Origin: Eledone cirrhosa
Taxonomy: Eukaryota
DNA length: 64,000 nucleotides
Assembly (NCBI GenBank): GCA_964016885.1
Contig: OZ024741.1
Span: 112,716,001-112,780,000, forward strand
Direction of reading: 5' to 3'
Shown: piece after piece, positions 13,952-27,850 of the stretch
Position numbering within the stretch: the stretch's first letter is position 1
How the letters are laid out: each line of letters begins with the position of its first letter
Made by a program: the position numbers and the translations under genes
The notes under the pieces: generated by a model
The model's database searches: none
What the model was told of the DNA's origin: nothing
What the model saw: only the letters and a program-made list of their open reading frames with translations

Positions 13952-13995
13952 ATATATATATATATATATATACATACATATATATATATACATAC

Positions 13996-14064
<69 letters not shown>

Positions 14065-14115
14065 CATACAATATGTTGAAAAGGTAACACACCAAAGTTA
14101 ACAAAGGTAACACAC

Positions 14116-14789
14116 CAAAGTTAACAAATAAAGTTGTGTGTATCTATGTTTAGGCATGTTAATTGAAATATTGTCATTCATTCTCACGTTGTTTTTTCTA
14201 TAGATATTTATAAAATAAAGCAATATTAAAGGCCATTGATGTTTTTTACTGTTGATTATATATTCCTGGTAAGCGAGTTGTTTTTGGTTCTTTCTTTCTC
14301 GTTTTATGTGAGGCTAAAAAAGTGGACATAGCCTTATGGAGGCAATTAGAGAATAATTCACTTTTTTTGTTAATTAGGGTCTCATAATTATTAATAATCA
14401 ACAGGGTCTCCATTCTACAGAGCGAGCAATTATTTGATATACTAGAGTTGCGGTAAATTCCACAGTTCCGAAGTTTTGTCCAAAGAATGGAGTATTCCAG
14501 ATTCTTCTCTTTTAAAGCTGTGATAAAGACGTGGATGATTTCTTCTTAGAGTTCGAGAATGAGCATTTATGGTTCGCGAAACGAAGTTTGAATGTGGACG
14601 AGGTTGATCCAATGTAATTGTATGTTTTATGGTCAGTTTTTGCGGTGCATTTATAAACCAAATTACTACCTAAACAATTATTTTGCAAAGGGCATTTACT
14701 TTTATTTCTACAATTACATTTTGGTTTAGTATCATTAATGTTAACTCTATTATTATGATCATTATGTTGGTTTGGTTTTAGGATTTTGG
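14116..14789 (-). mobile_element. Inverted duplicate of the Penelope-like GIY-YIG/3' region
   Basis: Reverse complement of 15616-16293. ORF 14512-14793 reads CNCRNKSKCPLQNNCL...VYKC...YIGST. Confidence 0.93.
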
Positions 14790-16845
14790 ACACGCTTAGA
14801 TAGAGATAGAAACTTTGATATCACTATTGGGGCATCTGATTCCGCGCAAATAACAGATCTTCTGGGAATTTTCATATTAAACATGATAAATAGAAAACTG
14901 CCGGAGATTACCGGTGGTTTATATAGTGATGACATTTTATTTACGGTGGTCAAACACAATAATATAGAATTAAATAGAGTTAAGAAAAGTATAATAGAAT
15001 TCTTTAAAACGTACGACTTTAAATTAGAAGTAGAAAATGGTACCAAAATAGTTAATTTCCTTGACGTTACCTTTAACTTAAACACTGGCTTCTATTACCC
15101 TTTTCATAAGCCTAATGAAAACTTAAACTATGTTAGTTACTATTCAAATCACCCTAGATCTGTAAAAAGAAGCTATAGTAAATAGTGTGCTAAAACGTAT
15201 TAATAAAATATCAGCTAATAAAGATATATTTGATAAAAATGCGGAATATTACAACAACGCTTTAAAAAGAGCAGGATATATGAATAATATAGAATATGTA
15301 GATAATAACAATCCAAGTATTATTCCTAATAATAATAATAAAAATTATAACACATATAAGAGTAACTCTAATAACTATAACTCAAACACACATACGCTAA
15401 ATAAATCGAAAATACGAACTAGATCTAAACCAGTCATATGGTTGCACCCCCAGCTTCGGTCGCAGTTAAAACACCAATTGCAAAACTATTCTTTAAAGCT
15501 CTTGACACCTCTTTCCCTACTCAACATAAATACCATTCCATTTTTAATATACATACCATTAAATTCGAAAATTCTACAACCAGTAACATGGCCCAAAACA
15601 TCGCCAAATTAAACGCCAAAATCCTAAAACCAAACCAACATAATGATCATAATAGAGTTAACATTAATGATACTAAACCAAAATGTAATTGTAGAAATAA
15701 AAGTAATTGCCCTTTGCAAAATAATTGTTTAGATAGTAATTTGGTTTATAAATGCACCGTAAAAACTGACCATAAAACATACAATTACATTGGATCGACC
15801 TCGTCCACATTCAAACTTCGTTTCGCGAACCATAAATGCTTATTCTCGAACTCTAAGAAGAAATCATCCACGCCTTTATCACCGCTCATATGGTCTTTAA
15901 AAGAGAAGAATCTGAAATACTCCATTCTTTGGACAAAACTTCGGAACTGTGGAATTTACCGCAACTCTAGTATATCAAATAACTGCCCGCTCTGTAGGAT
16001 GGAGACCCTGTTGATTATTAATAATTATGAGACCCTAATTAACAAAAAAGTGAATTATTCTCTAATTGCCTTCATAAAGCTATGTCCACTTTTTTAGCCT
16101 CACATAAAACGAGAAAGAAAGAACCGATAACAACTCGCTTACCAGGAGTATATAACCAACAGTAAAAAACATCAATGGCCTTTAATATTGCTTTATTTTA
16201 TAAATATCTATAGAAAAAAACGTGAGAATGAAAGACAATATTTCAATTAGCATGCCTAAACATTGATACACACAACTTTATTTGTTAACTTTGATCAAGA
16301 CCATCATTTATCTATAGTTTAGTACAATACCTAATCCTTACATATCTATTGAATTTATTTAACTGTGAATTTTTAATACATTTGTATTTTAAATTTTAGT
16401 TTTAATACCCAACAAAAATATTTACGAAACTTATCTATAACTCCAAATTTTTAATGACTTTTTGATCTATTATTTATAGTATAATATAGGATATATTTCT
16501 TTTAAATATACTTACTGCACTATAAAATCTAAATTTGAGACGGATTCAAACTTATATATAAATGTGAATTTTTCGCTGTACTTTCGATCTCTTATTTATT
16601 GATTTATAATATAATGTATTGTAATATATATGTAGTTATATATTGTATTTTATATATTTTTAAATATACCTACCATACTTCTATATAGATGATTCAAATA
16701 TAGCAAAATATCCAAACTAAATATTATTATAGACATTATTTTGAACTTTATATTATACATGCACTCATTATTATATGTATATTTAAATGTAACACGTTGT
16801 TAAGAGTATAACTGTTATCATTTACCTAAAGTATACTACATTAAT

Positions 16846-17029
16846 TGTTTCTACTTTAGGCACAAGGCCAGCAATTACCCAGTACATTACTGGTACTTTA
16901 TTTTATCGACCCCGTAAGGATGAAAGGCAAAGTTAACCTCGGCGGGATTTAAACTCAGACTGTAAAGGGACGTAACTATGCTAGAAAGCATGGCGTCCAA
17001 CCCTCTACCGATACTGCCAATTCACCGAC
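16846..17029 (-). mobile_element. SINE family A inserted in the Penelope 3' region
   Basis: Full reverse copy with TSD ctacattaat at 16836-16845 and 17030-17039. Confidence 0.9.
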
Positions 17030-17835
17030 CTACATTAATAATACCTAATATATATCTATATATATATATATACATCCCTATATCTAATAATATGTTGATA
17101 TCTTGGTCGAAGAATAATTAGTGCATTTACACCCAATTATACATATGTATAAATTTATCCGTAACATGTTATTTTATTTGATTTTTATCTTCGTCGGTAT
17201 TATTTACCTTAAACACACTGACTCATTAATATATACCTATATACATAATAGTTATTCAAATATTTATAACAATAAGTACTTCAAGAGCTTTACATACCTA
17301 ATATGTTGGGATATTTGTTAAAGTTTAGATTTAGGTATTAATCAACAGTATAATATTTTATTCTTTATGTGCCAGCTAAATCCTTTAAAATGTTATTCTC
17401 ACAATTCAGAAGTTTAGAAATGATAACACACTTATCGAATTTATATAAATAATATATAAATAATTAGCAAATAATCCTGAAATCTGGAGTCTTCACCTTA
17501 ATATTATAAATTAAATATTTTCAAATCTAACTGTTTAACTTTCGAAAAAAAAAAACCCCACACTTTATCTTTCCCTCCTTATAAATCTTTTTCCAGTGGC
17601 TATCACTGGGTGTTATGTTTCATGAGATGTTTCCCTAGATATATTGTAGTATCATACAATTTAATATTTTAGAACACTTACAGTATGCAACGTTTTTTCT
17701 TACTCACACACTCTAATGAATTCATTACGTTTTCGCACTTTCACACAGATATTATATAAGTAGAATTTTCTATCGGGTAATCACTACCTTGATTAAATCT
17801 TAACCATTTAACATCTCAGGGTATGTCATGTATCA

Positions 17836-17896
17836 TTATATTTTATCAGATGAGAACGTACTGTTGTTCATCCGAAATATGTAGAATAAAATGTAA
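17836..17896 (+). ncRNA. Decayed type I hammerhead ribozyme
   Basis: ttatattttat-CAGATGA-gaac..gttcatcc-GAAA-tatgtaga-ataaaatgtaa. Stem I pairs over 11 bp, but the core has a U4>A change. Confidence 0.5.
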
Positions 17897-18159
17897 TTGA
17901 TCAAAAGAACATCTATTTTATTAATACTTATATTTTAATAAAATATGTTTATTCAAAAATATAGACCAACATTAAATAAGGTTTAATATACATTATGTCA
18001 ACACCACAATATGACATACACACACACACATAACACCTTCTACTTTAGAAAATAAAAACCCGAACTAAATAAACCTTAACATACGTTTGCACTGGCAATA
18101 CAACAGCAAACACGAAAAAGTCAGGAAAATATGTTCATTCAAAAATATTCCCACTAAAG

Positions 18160-18194
18160 GAATCACTTTCCTACACACACACATACACACACAC

Positions 18195-18237
<43 letters not shown>

Positions 18238-18781
18238 TCTTCATCTTAACATGCTAACCATACTCCCACACACATAACACCCATACACACACATAAAAAC
18301 CCCATTTCTACTAATAGAATCACTTTCCTACACACATATATATATACACACACACAAAATATATATTCTCTCCATCTTAACTTACTCGCACACACACACA
18401 TAACACCCATATACACACACACACAACTCCCTCCCCCATCTCTACTAATAGAATCATCTTCCTACTAAAGGAATCACTTTCCTACACACACACATACACA
18501 CACAATATATATATATATATATATTCTCTTCATCTTAACATGCTAACCATACTCCCACACACATAACACCCATACACACACATAACAACCCCCACACCTA
18601 CAACTCCCTCCCCATTTCTACTAATAGAACCACTTTCCTACACACGTATATATACACACACACAAAATATATATTCTCTCCATCTTAACATACTCGCACA
18701 CACACACATAACACCCATATACACACACACACAACTCCCTCCCCCATCTCTACTAATAGAATCATCTTCCAATACACACAT

Positions 18782-18812
<31 letters not shown>

Positions 18813-18830
18813 AGCACACAAATAAACACA
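18160..18830. repeat. Compound CA-rich minisatellite (duplicated ~300-bp block)
   Basis: Recurrent units ctactaatagaatcactttcctacacac and catcttaacatgctaaccatactcccacacac. Confidence 0.85.
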
Positions 18831-19053
18831 TATCTTCAGTCTCAATAGAAAATCTGAACTCTGACACCTGAACTCTGACAGCTGGCCATATTCACTGAAC
18901 CAGAACATTTCTCCCAATCCCTTTTCCCTTGACCACTATCTCTCCATTGTCATAACATTCACTATAAAGACTACAGAATAGTTTTCCAAATAAGGGCGCA
19001 AAAATGTAATGAAAACTTGTTCACGTGACAGCCAAATTTCATTTACAACCAAC

Positions 19054-19086
<33 letters not shown>

Positions 19087-19352
19087 CCTTCGTGAGTCTC
19101 ATTTTTTCAAGTAAAAAGAAATTCAAACGCTCATATATGAAAAAACAACCTGTGACAACCCCCCTCTCTTATTTGAAGAACTATTGTAACGCGAACTGGC
19201 GCGAAATTTATTATAATTATTGACAAACCAATCAAATAATCAAATTACTTCTCGAAAAACCTGGCTTTCGAGCCACTTTTTCCATATAAAACAAGTAACA
19301 TTTAGAGACCGACCAGATGTGAGAAAAACCACAGACCCTCCATCTCAACTCA

Positions 19353-19390
19353 CCTTTTGAAAAGCAGAAGAACTGCGAAACCGGTAAAGG
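19353..19390 (+). ncRNA. Decayed minimal hammerhead ribozyme in a pLTR-like island
   Basis: cctt-TTGAAAA-gcag aagaa ctgc-GAAA-ccgGTA-aagg. Stems I and II are perfect and stem III is the palindrome ACCGGT. CUGAAGA is mutated at two positions. Confidence 0.6.
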
Positions 19391-19525
19391 AACCAAATAA
19401 ATATATATATTTAAAAAAAAAATAAGACTTCTGTTGCATTTTCGATTTCATCTCTTTTCTTTATACTTCCACTCTTGTAGGACACCTCGGTTATTTTTCA
19501 TTTTGTAAAAAAAATCTCACTTTCT

Positions 19526-20858
<1,333 letters not shown>

Positions 20859-20902
20859 TACAATATTAAATAAATGGAAAACTATATTTATAAAACCATA
20901 TT

Positions 20903-20968
20903 TATTTCATTATATATATTTCGGGGATATCATATTAACAATATGCTATGCCTTCATCAGACAAAATA
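20903..20968 (-). ncRNA. Type I minimal hammerhead ribozyme (left arm of palindrome)
   Basis: Exact reverse complement of 21123-21188. Confidence 0.75.
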
Positions 20969-21122
20969 CAATATAAACAGTTTTATAGATAAATATATTC
21001 GACATACCGTAATAAACATCAACTTCATTTGGAGAAGTTTACGCTAGCGTAAACCTCTCCAAATGAAGTTGATGTTTATTACGGTATGTCGAATATATTT
21101 ATCTATAAAACTGTTTATATTG

Positions 21123-21188
21123 TATTTTGTCTGATGAAGGCATAGCATATTGTTAATATGATATCCCCGAAATATATATAATGAAATA
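21123..21188 (+). ncRNA. Type I minimal hammerhead ribozyme (right arm of palindrome)
   Basis: tattttgt-CTGATGA-aggcatagcatatt gtt aatatgatatcccc-GAAA-tatataTA-atgaaata. Stem I is 8 bp with GU pairs, stem II is long and imperfect, stem III is self-complementary and the triplet is AUA. Confidence 0.75.
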
Positions 21189-21319
21189 AATATGGTTTTA
21201 TAATTATAGTTTTCCATTTATTTAATATTGTAAATATACTCCAAATATTTGTCGAGTGCTTTTATATCAGTTATAAATATTTACTAGTTGTAACCCAACA
21301 ATTTTAAATATAACTTTAC

Positions 21320-21468
21320 ATGTATGTATATATATATATATGCATATATATATATGTATATATATATGTATATATATTTGTGTATATATATGTGTTTATA
21401 TCGGTGTATATATATATATGTATATATATATGTATATATATATGTATATATATATGTATATATATATG

Positions 21469-21501
<33 letters not shown>

Positions 21502-21682
21502 GTATATATATATGTATATATATATATGTATATATATATGTATATATATGTACATATATATATACATATATATATATATGTATATATATATATATGTATT
21601 TATATGTATATACATATGTATATATATATGTATATATGTATATTTGTATGTATATATGTATGTATGTATATATATGTATGCA

Positions 21683-21715
<33 letters not shown>

Positions 21716-21886
21716 ATATGTATATATATAAATGTATATATATATATGTATATATATACATGTATATATATATGTATATATATATATATGTATATATATA
21801 TATGTGTATATATATATATGTGTATATATATATATGTATATATATATATATGTATATATATATATGTATATATATATATATGTATA
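21320..21886. repeat. (TA)n/(TATG)n microsatellite
   Basis: Read directly. Confidence 0.95.
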
Positions 21887-22764
21887 GTAATAATAATAAA
21901 ATTGAAGACTAAAATCCAGAGAGGGCTCGATAAGGAAAATATATATCAAATATATAAGAACCGAAGAGCAAATATTTATTAAAATAACAGATTAAAGTTT
22001 AAGCAAAGAATCGCTGCTTTCACCCTTAACGGGATCTTCTGAAACTAACAAAGTCAATCTGTAAACGCAGAACTGGATATTTCAAAAAACGTTGCAACCG
22101 GAGGAAGACAGGAAGACGATACTTTGGCTCATGGTGACGTTCGCTGGCAAAGAACGGGAAAAAACGAATAATACGTCATTAATAGGAGCGGTGGATTGGC
22201 AGTATCGGTAGAGGGTCGGACGCCATGCTTTCCAGCATAGTTACGTCCCTTTACGATCTGAGTTCAAATCCCGCCGAGGTTGACTTTGCCTTTCATCCTT
22301 ACAGGGTCGATAAAATAAAGTACCAGTAATACACTGGGTCATTGCTGGCCTTGTGCCTAAAGTAGAAACAATTAATAGGAGCGGTGAAAAACAATTACGT
22401 GCAAGGACAGAACCACGTTTATGGTATAAAAGAGGTCGTAGACTAATGTTCTCTAAATGGTGCATAGAGACGTTCTCTGGCAATGAACGAAAAAACGAAG
22501 ATAATAAGTCATATGTGGAGCGTGGAGAACAATAGCGTGCAAAGACAAAACCATGTAAATGGTATAACAGAAGTCGTAGACTAAAATTCTAACTAGGAGA
22601 CCGAATGAATCTCCGCTACAGAGTTAAGAACAAAACAAATAAATACAATACAGAAGTAATAGGAACAAATAAATACATACACGCAAACAGATACGTACAA
22701 CACCCGTTAAGGGTGAAAGCAGCGATTCTTTGCTTAAACTTTAATCTGTTATTTTAATAAATAT
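21887..22764. mobile_element. Fold-back element with perfect 62-bp inverted repeats and a one-sided ~85-bp tail
   Basis: 21972-22033 and 22703-22764 are exact reverse complements. An internal ~125-bp tandem duplication is present. Unique tail at 21887-21971. Confidence 0.8.
22194..22370 (+). mobile_element. Full-length tRNA-derived SINE family A
   Basis: A-box-like tggcagtatcgg, B-box gagttcaaatcc and central gcctttcatccttacagggtcgataaaataaagtaccag. 16-bp TSD attaataggagcggtg at 22178-22193 and 22371-22386. Confidence 0.93.
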
Positions 22765-23131
22765 ATATATGTATATATATATATGTATACATATATATGT
22801 ATATATATATATATGTATATATATATGTATATATATATATATGTATATATATATGTATATATATATGTATATATATATGTATATATATATGTATATATAG
22901 GTATATATATATGTATATATATATGTATATATAGGTATATATATATGTATATATATGTATATATATATGTATATATATGTATATATATATGTATATATAT
23001 GTATATATATATGTATATATATGTATATATATGTATATATATATATATATGTATATATATGGATATATATGTATATATATATGTATATATCTGTATATAT
23101 ATGTACATATATATATGTATGTATATGTATG

Positions 23132-23162
<31 letters not shown>

Positions 23163-23196
23163 ATATATATATATGTATGTATATATATATGTATGT

Positions 23197-24305
23197 ATAA
23201 CTTTGAATAACTTTGAAATGTTTTGGCCAGTATTGGCCCAGGCCATGTCTAACTTAATAGCACCACCTGGCGAAGTCTTTCAATTCAGGATTTGGGCACC
23301 ATGGCCCATTCGAGAAGAGAATTACTGTTTGCGGAGACATATCCGGGTGTGGGTGGTTTGTCCGGGATTACTTGGAGGAATTTGTCCAGAGACTTCTTGA
23401 ATTTTGTGTGGTCAGTTTCTGTTTTGACGTTTCCTGGTGTGATGTTGAAGAGAGCAGGGCCGATTGAGGTGAAATAATTGTGCCGTATTGTTGTTATGAG
23501 TTGCGATTTAGATTTTTGAATGGGACGGATAGCACGGGGCCCAAGCCTTGGGTGTGTCTTGAAGGCGATGCCAACATCATTTGGGCAGTGATGATGGAAC
23601 ATTTTCCACATCATGCAGATAATATAACGCTCACGGCGACGTTGGAGTGAGTAAAGTTTCAGGTTTTCTAGTCGACCCCAGTAGTCAAGGTCTGACATGC
23701 CATCTATATTTTTCGTGATTGCCCTTTGAGGAGCTTCAAGTTTCATGATACTTTGTTTCGTGTGGGGAGACCACAGTGGACAACAGTATTCAAGGTGTGG
23801 TCGGGCAAAAGTAGAGAAGAGAAGGATAATGGTGTGGGAATCTCTCGACTGGAAGGTTCTGAGGATCCAGGAACACATTCTGCGGGCCATGTCAACTTTG
23901 CTGCTTATATGCGTGGCGCAGCTTATGTTGCTGTCCACGGTTACTCCCAAGTCTCTGATGTTGTTAGATGCCACGAGAGTTTCCCCGGAGGGAAGGGAGT
24001 ACGGGAGTTTCAGAGCATCCTCTTTTCCAAAGTGGATCAGTTCGAATTTGTCTTCGTTCAGTAACATGTTGTTCTTTTCCGCCCATTGGGTAACAGCCAG
24101 TAGGTCTGACTGAAGGCTTATCCGGTCATCCACGCCATTGATGACCTTTTGGAGCTTGGAATCATCAGCGAACATTTTAATGTTGCTGTGTTTGATGATG
24201 TCAGTGATGTCATTAATATAGATGATGAAGAGAAGTGGGCCCAACACAGTGCCTTGTGGGACCCCACTACTGACTTTGGCACTACTGACTTTGGCACTAC
24301 TGACT
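23197..24305 (-). mobile_element. CR1/L2-group LINE, 5'-truncated RT C-terminal half + 3' UTR
   Basis: Contains [41 protein letters not shown] and LQRRRERY. Stop at 23285. The 3' end has a repeated tcaaagttat tail. Confidence 0.92.
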
Positions 24306-25227
<922 letters not shown>

Positions 25228-25289
25228 GACAAGTATGTATGTTGAAACAGTGAGCAGGTTTGAAATTAGAAAATAGAATAGCTTTCACC

Positions 25290-26184
25290 CTATTTTTTTT
25301 ACTAAATAAATTTTACTGTGGTAATGGGGTTTAGAACCCGCAGATAAATGGAAAAAGATGAGTATTGACGTACATGTACGTCAATACTCATCTTCATATG
25401 TCAGCAGACATATCCTCTCACGTTGGGAATGTCGGCAGATTTTGGGATTGCGACCTTTGTGTGCGGACAGCGTGCTTTGGTGTTGGCTGGCAGTGTTAGT
25501 GCGCCTAGTGCCCGGTAAATGGGTAAATATACAGTCGCGACGTGTGCATAGTCTCTGACGTAGTGAGTAGCGGCATATTTGGGGGTTTCTAGTATGTGTA
25601 GTTGGGGGTGAACACAGCTCCATACATTTTTTTTTTAAAGTTCTTTTGACTATGGCATGGTGGCGGTGATGTGGGGGAAGGAAGCAGTAGTGGTGATGAT
25701 GATGATAACAACTGTGGTGGGAGAGAGAGCAGTGGTCCATTACTAGCAGTTGATGTGACAGAAGATGGTGACGGTAGTGATGATGATGGCGTTAATGATG
25801 GCTGAGTGAGTGGTTGAGGGAATCTGTCGTTCAGTAACTCAGCTATTATGCTTGAATTCAGTAGTGGTGGTGGTGGTGGTGGCTCCTGATTTTCTGGCTG
25901 TTGTTGTTGTTGTGGCTGTTGTTGTGTTTGTCCATTGAAGTAAATTTGTTGAAATTTTTCAAAATGGTTTTGATTTAGTTTGAAAGAGACTTCTACATGT
26001 TTTAGTTTGTTGTGTATCTGCTTAGCAGACCTCGTGGTAAATGTTTGAGTTGTTTTTTCAGCAATGTCATTCAGACATGACGCGTTAATGTTTATTGTTT
26101 GGGACAGAGAAAACCATGTGTTTATTAAGAGGTCAATTTCATTTTCAGAGCAATTTCGTCCGATGTGGGCTTGCTGGTCAGTAG

Positions 26185-26188
<4 letters not shown>
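25290..26188 (-). pseudogene. LINE ORF1-like protein: Myb/SANT-like N-terminus, Q/P/S-rich linker, CCCH-type fingers (frameshifted)
   Basis: MTTDQQAH...ENEIDLLINTW...IAEK...RSAKQIHNKLK, then after a frameshift in an A-run PQICRYSLRQRLCTRRDCIFTHLPGT and PKICRHSQRERIC. Confidence 0.55.
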
Positions 26189-26238
<50 letters not shown>

Positions 26239-26390
26239 CCCTTGTGTGCATTTTAAGATATTTGATATTTGATACGTGAGTGAGACTTTGGTTATTTGAA
26301 GAATTAAAGAATCGTTGGCAAATCACTGATGAGGGACTCATTTTATAACATGTTATCCATGTGCAACCTGCAGTATTCTTCTCCCCATTT

Positions 26391-26470
<80 letters not shown>

Positions 26471-26471
<1 letters not shown>

Positions 26472-27436
26472 AACATTAAATTATCGAGATTCGCATTTCG
26501 GCCCACGAAATAACGAAAAACAACCTTCGAGATGTCAGGCAAGTGCTCAATGATTCAGATGAACCAGAGCTATAACAAACGTTAAAGGCCAAACACACCG
26601 AGACGATGGTTAAACAATCATTCGCATAGCCAAAAAAAAACGATCAAGTAATTCGGGTATTGGAAAATTTACCCGGACCCCTGGAAGGTTGGTAAAATCC
26701 AGTATTTGGGTTTCTGCGGCTCCTAAATCAAGTACCGTCCGCTTACATAAATAATGTCAGGCTTCTGGTAAGATGATTGAACAAGGAAGCCACTTTCTCA
26801 ACAGGTTTTAGTTCAATGTTAATACAAGGACTGACTATTGCTGACTCCCCGTGGCAATCGGCAAGGGAGGCAGCCCCTATATCAGGCGAATAAATTCAGT
26901 TGTGTATATTTTTGTAAGAATGCAAAAACATTACAAATCGAATAGAGTTCTCAACAGAAGGGTTAAAATTAACATAAGCTATTCATCAGTCAATAGAATC
27001 AACTAAAAAATCAAGAAAATTAACTGGTCAATAGCTAGAGTCTGGAGATAAATACAAACATAAATTATCGAGATTCGCATTTCGGCCCACGAAATAACGA
27101 AAAACAACCTCCGAGATGTGAGGCAAGTGCTCAATGATTCAGATGAACCAGTGCTATAACAAACGTTAAAGGCCAAACACACTGAGACGATGGTTAAACA
27201 GTCATTCGCATAGCCAAAAAAAACGATCAAGTAATTCGGGTATTGAAAAATTTACCCGGACCCCTGGAAGGTTGGTAAAATCCAGTATTTGGGTTTCTGC
27301 GGCTCCTAAATCAAGTACCGTCCGCTTACATAAATAATGTCAGGCTTCTGGTAAGATGATTGAACAAGGAAGCCACTTTCTCAACAGGTTTTAGTTCACT
27401 GTTAATACGAGGACTGACTATTGCTGACCCCACGTG
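26471..27436. repeat. Direct repeat pair of ~380 bp (26471-26853, 27056-27436)
   Basis: Near-identical aaattatcgagattcgcatttcggcc...ggactgactattgctgac copies separated by ~200 bp. Confidence 0.93.
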
Positions 27437-27439
27437 TAT

Positions 27440-27840
27440 ATATATATTCTCTCTTATGGATGTGAGTTTGGTTGTTTGAGGATGTAATAGTTTTTGGTTA
27501 TTTGGCTGTTTGAAGATATCCAAGGAAAAACGAGTGTATATAATAATTTGTAGTTAAGAAAACTTACTTGCGAGTTTGTAGGGAAAGCCCGTGTATTTGT
27601 ATATACGTTTTCCTTATGTGAGTGAGCCTTTGGTTATTTGAAGATATTAAAGTAGCGTATATATAGATATGTATTCTTTTTTATGGATGTGAGAGTTGGT
27701 TATTTGGTTGTTTGAGGTTGTTAAAAGTTTTTGGTTATTTGGTTGTTTGAAGATATTAAGAGAAAAACGAGTGTATATAATAATCTGTGGTTAAGAAAAC
27801 GTACTTACGAGTTGGTAGGAAAAGCACGTGGTTACAAATA
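27440..27840. repeat. ~245-bp tandem duplication sharing a ttggttatttgaag motif with 26275-26310
   Basis: gaaaaacgagtgtatataataat and ttttggttatttgg each occur twice. Confidence 0.75.
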
Positions 27841-27850
27841 TATATAAATA

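Larger units (their letters stand above)
14790..18015 (+). mobile_element. Penelope-like retroelement (Naiad-like), 5'-truncated RT + GIY-YIG endonuclease + long 3' region
   Basis: RT motifs FDITIG..., GLYSDD, VNFLDVTFNL and SNHP are followed by a CxCx5Cx5C linker and GIY-YIG LVYKC...YIGST..FKLRFANH...CPLC. Frameshifted. An HHR relic lies at 17836. The 3' boundary is approximate. Confidence 0.85.
20859..21232. repeat. 374-bp palindrome, no spacer, 2 mismatched pairs
   Basis: Centre acgct|agcgt at 21045/21046. The arms are complementary out to 20859/21232. Confidence 0.97.

Noticed and set aside
22194-22275. tRNA gene
   Set aside because: The A/B boxes belong to a multi-copy SINE head with TSDs, and no full cloverleaf is present.
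26843-26900. HDV-like ribozyme look-alike (tccccgtggc...ggcgaataaattc)
   Set aside because: No P1/P2 5' strands, P3 does not pair, and the putative L3 belongs to the adjacent direct repeat.
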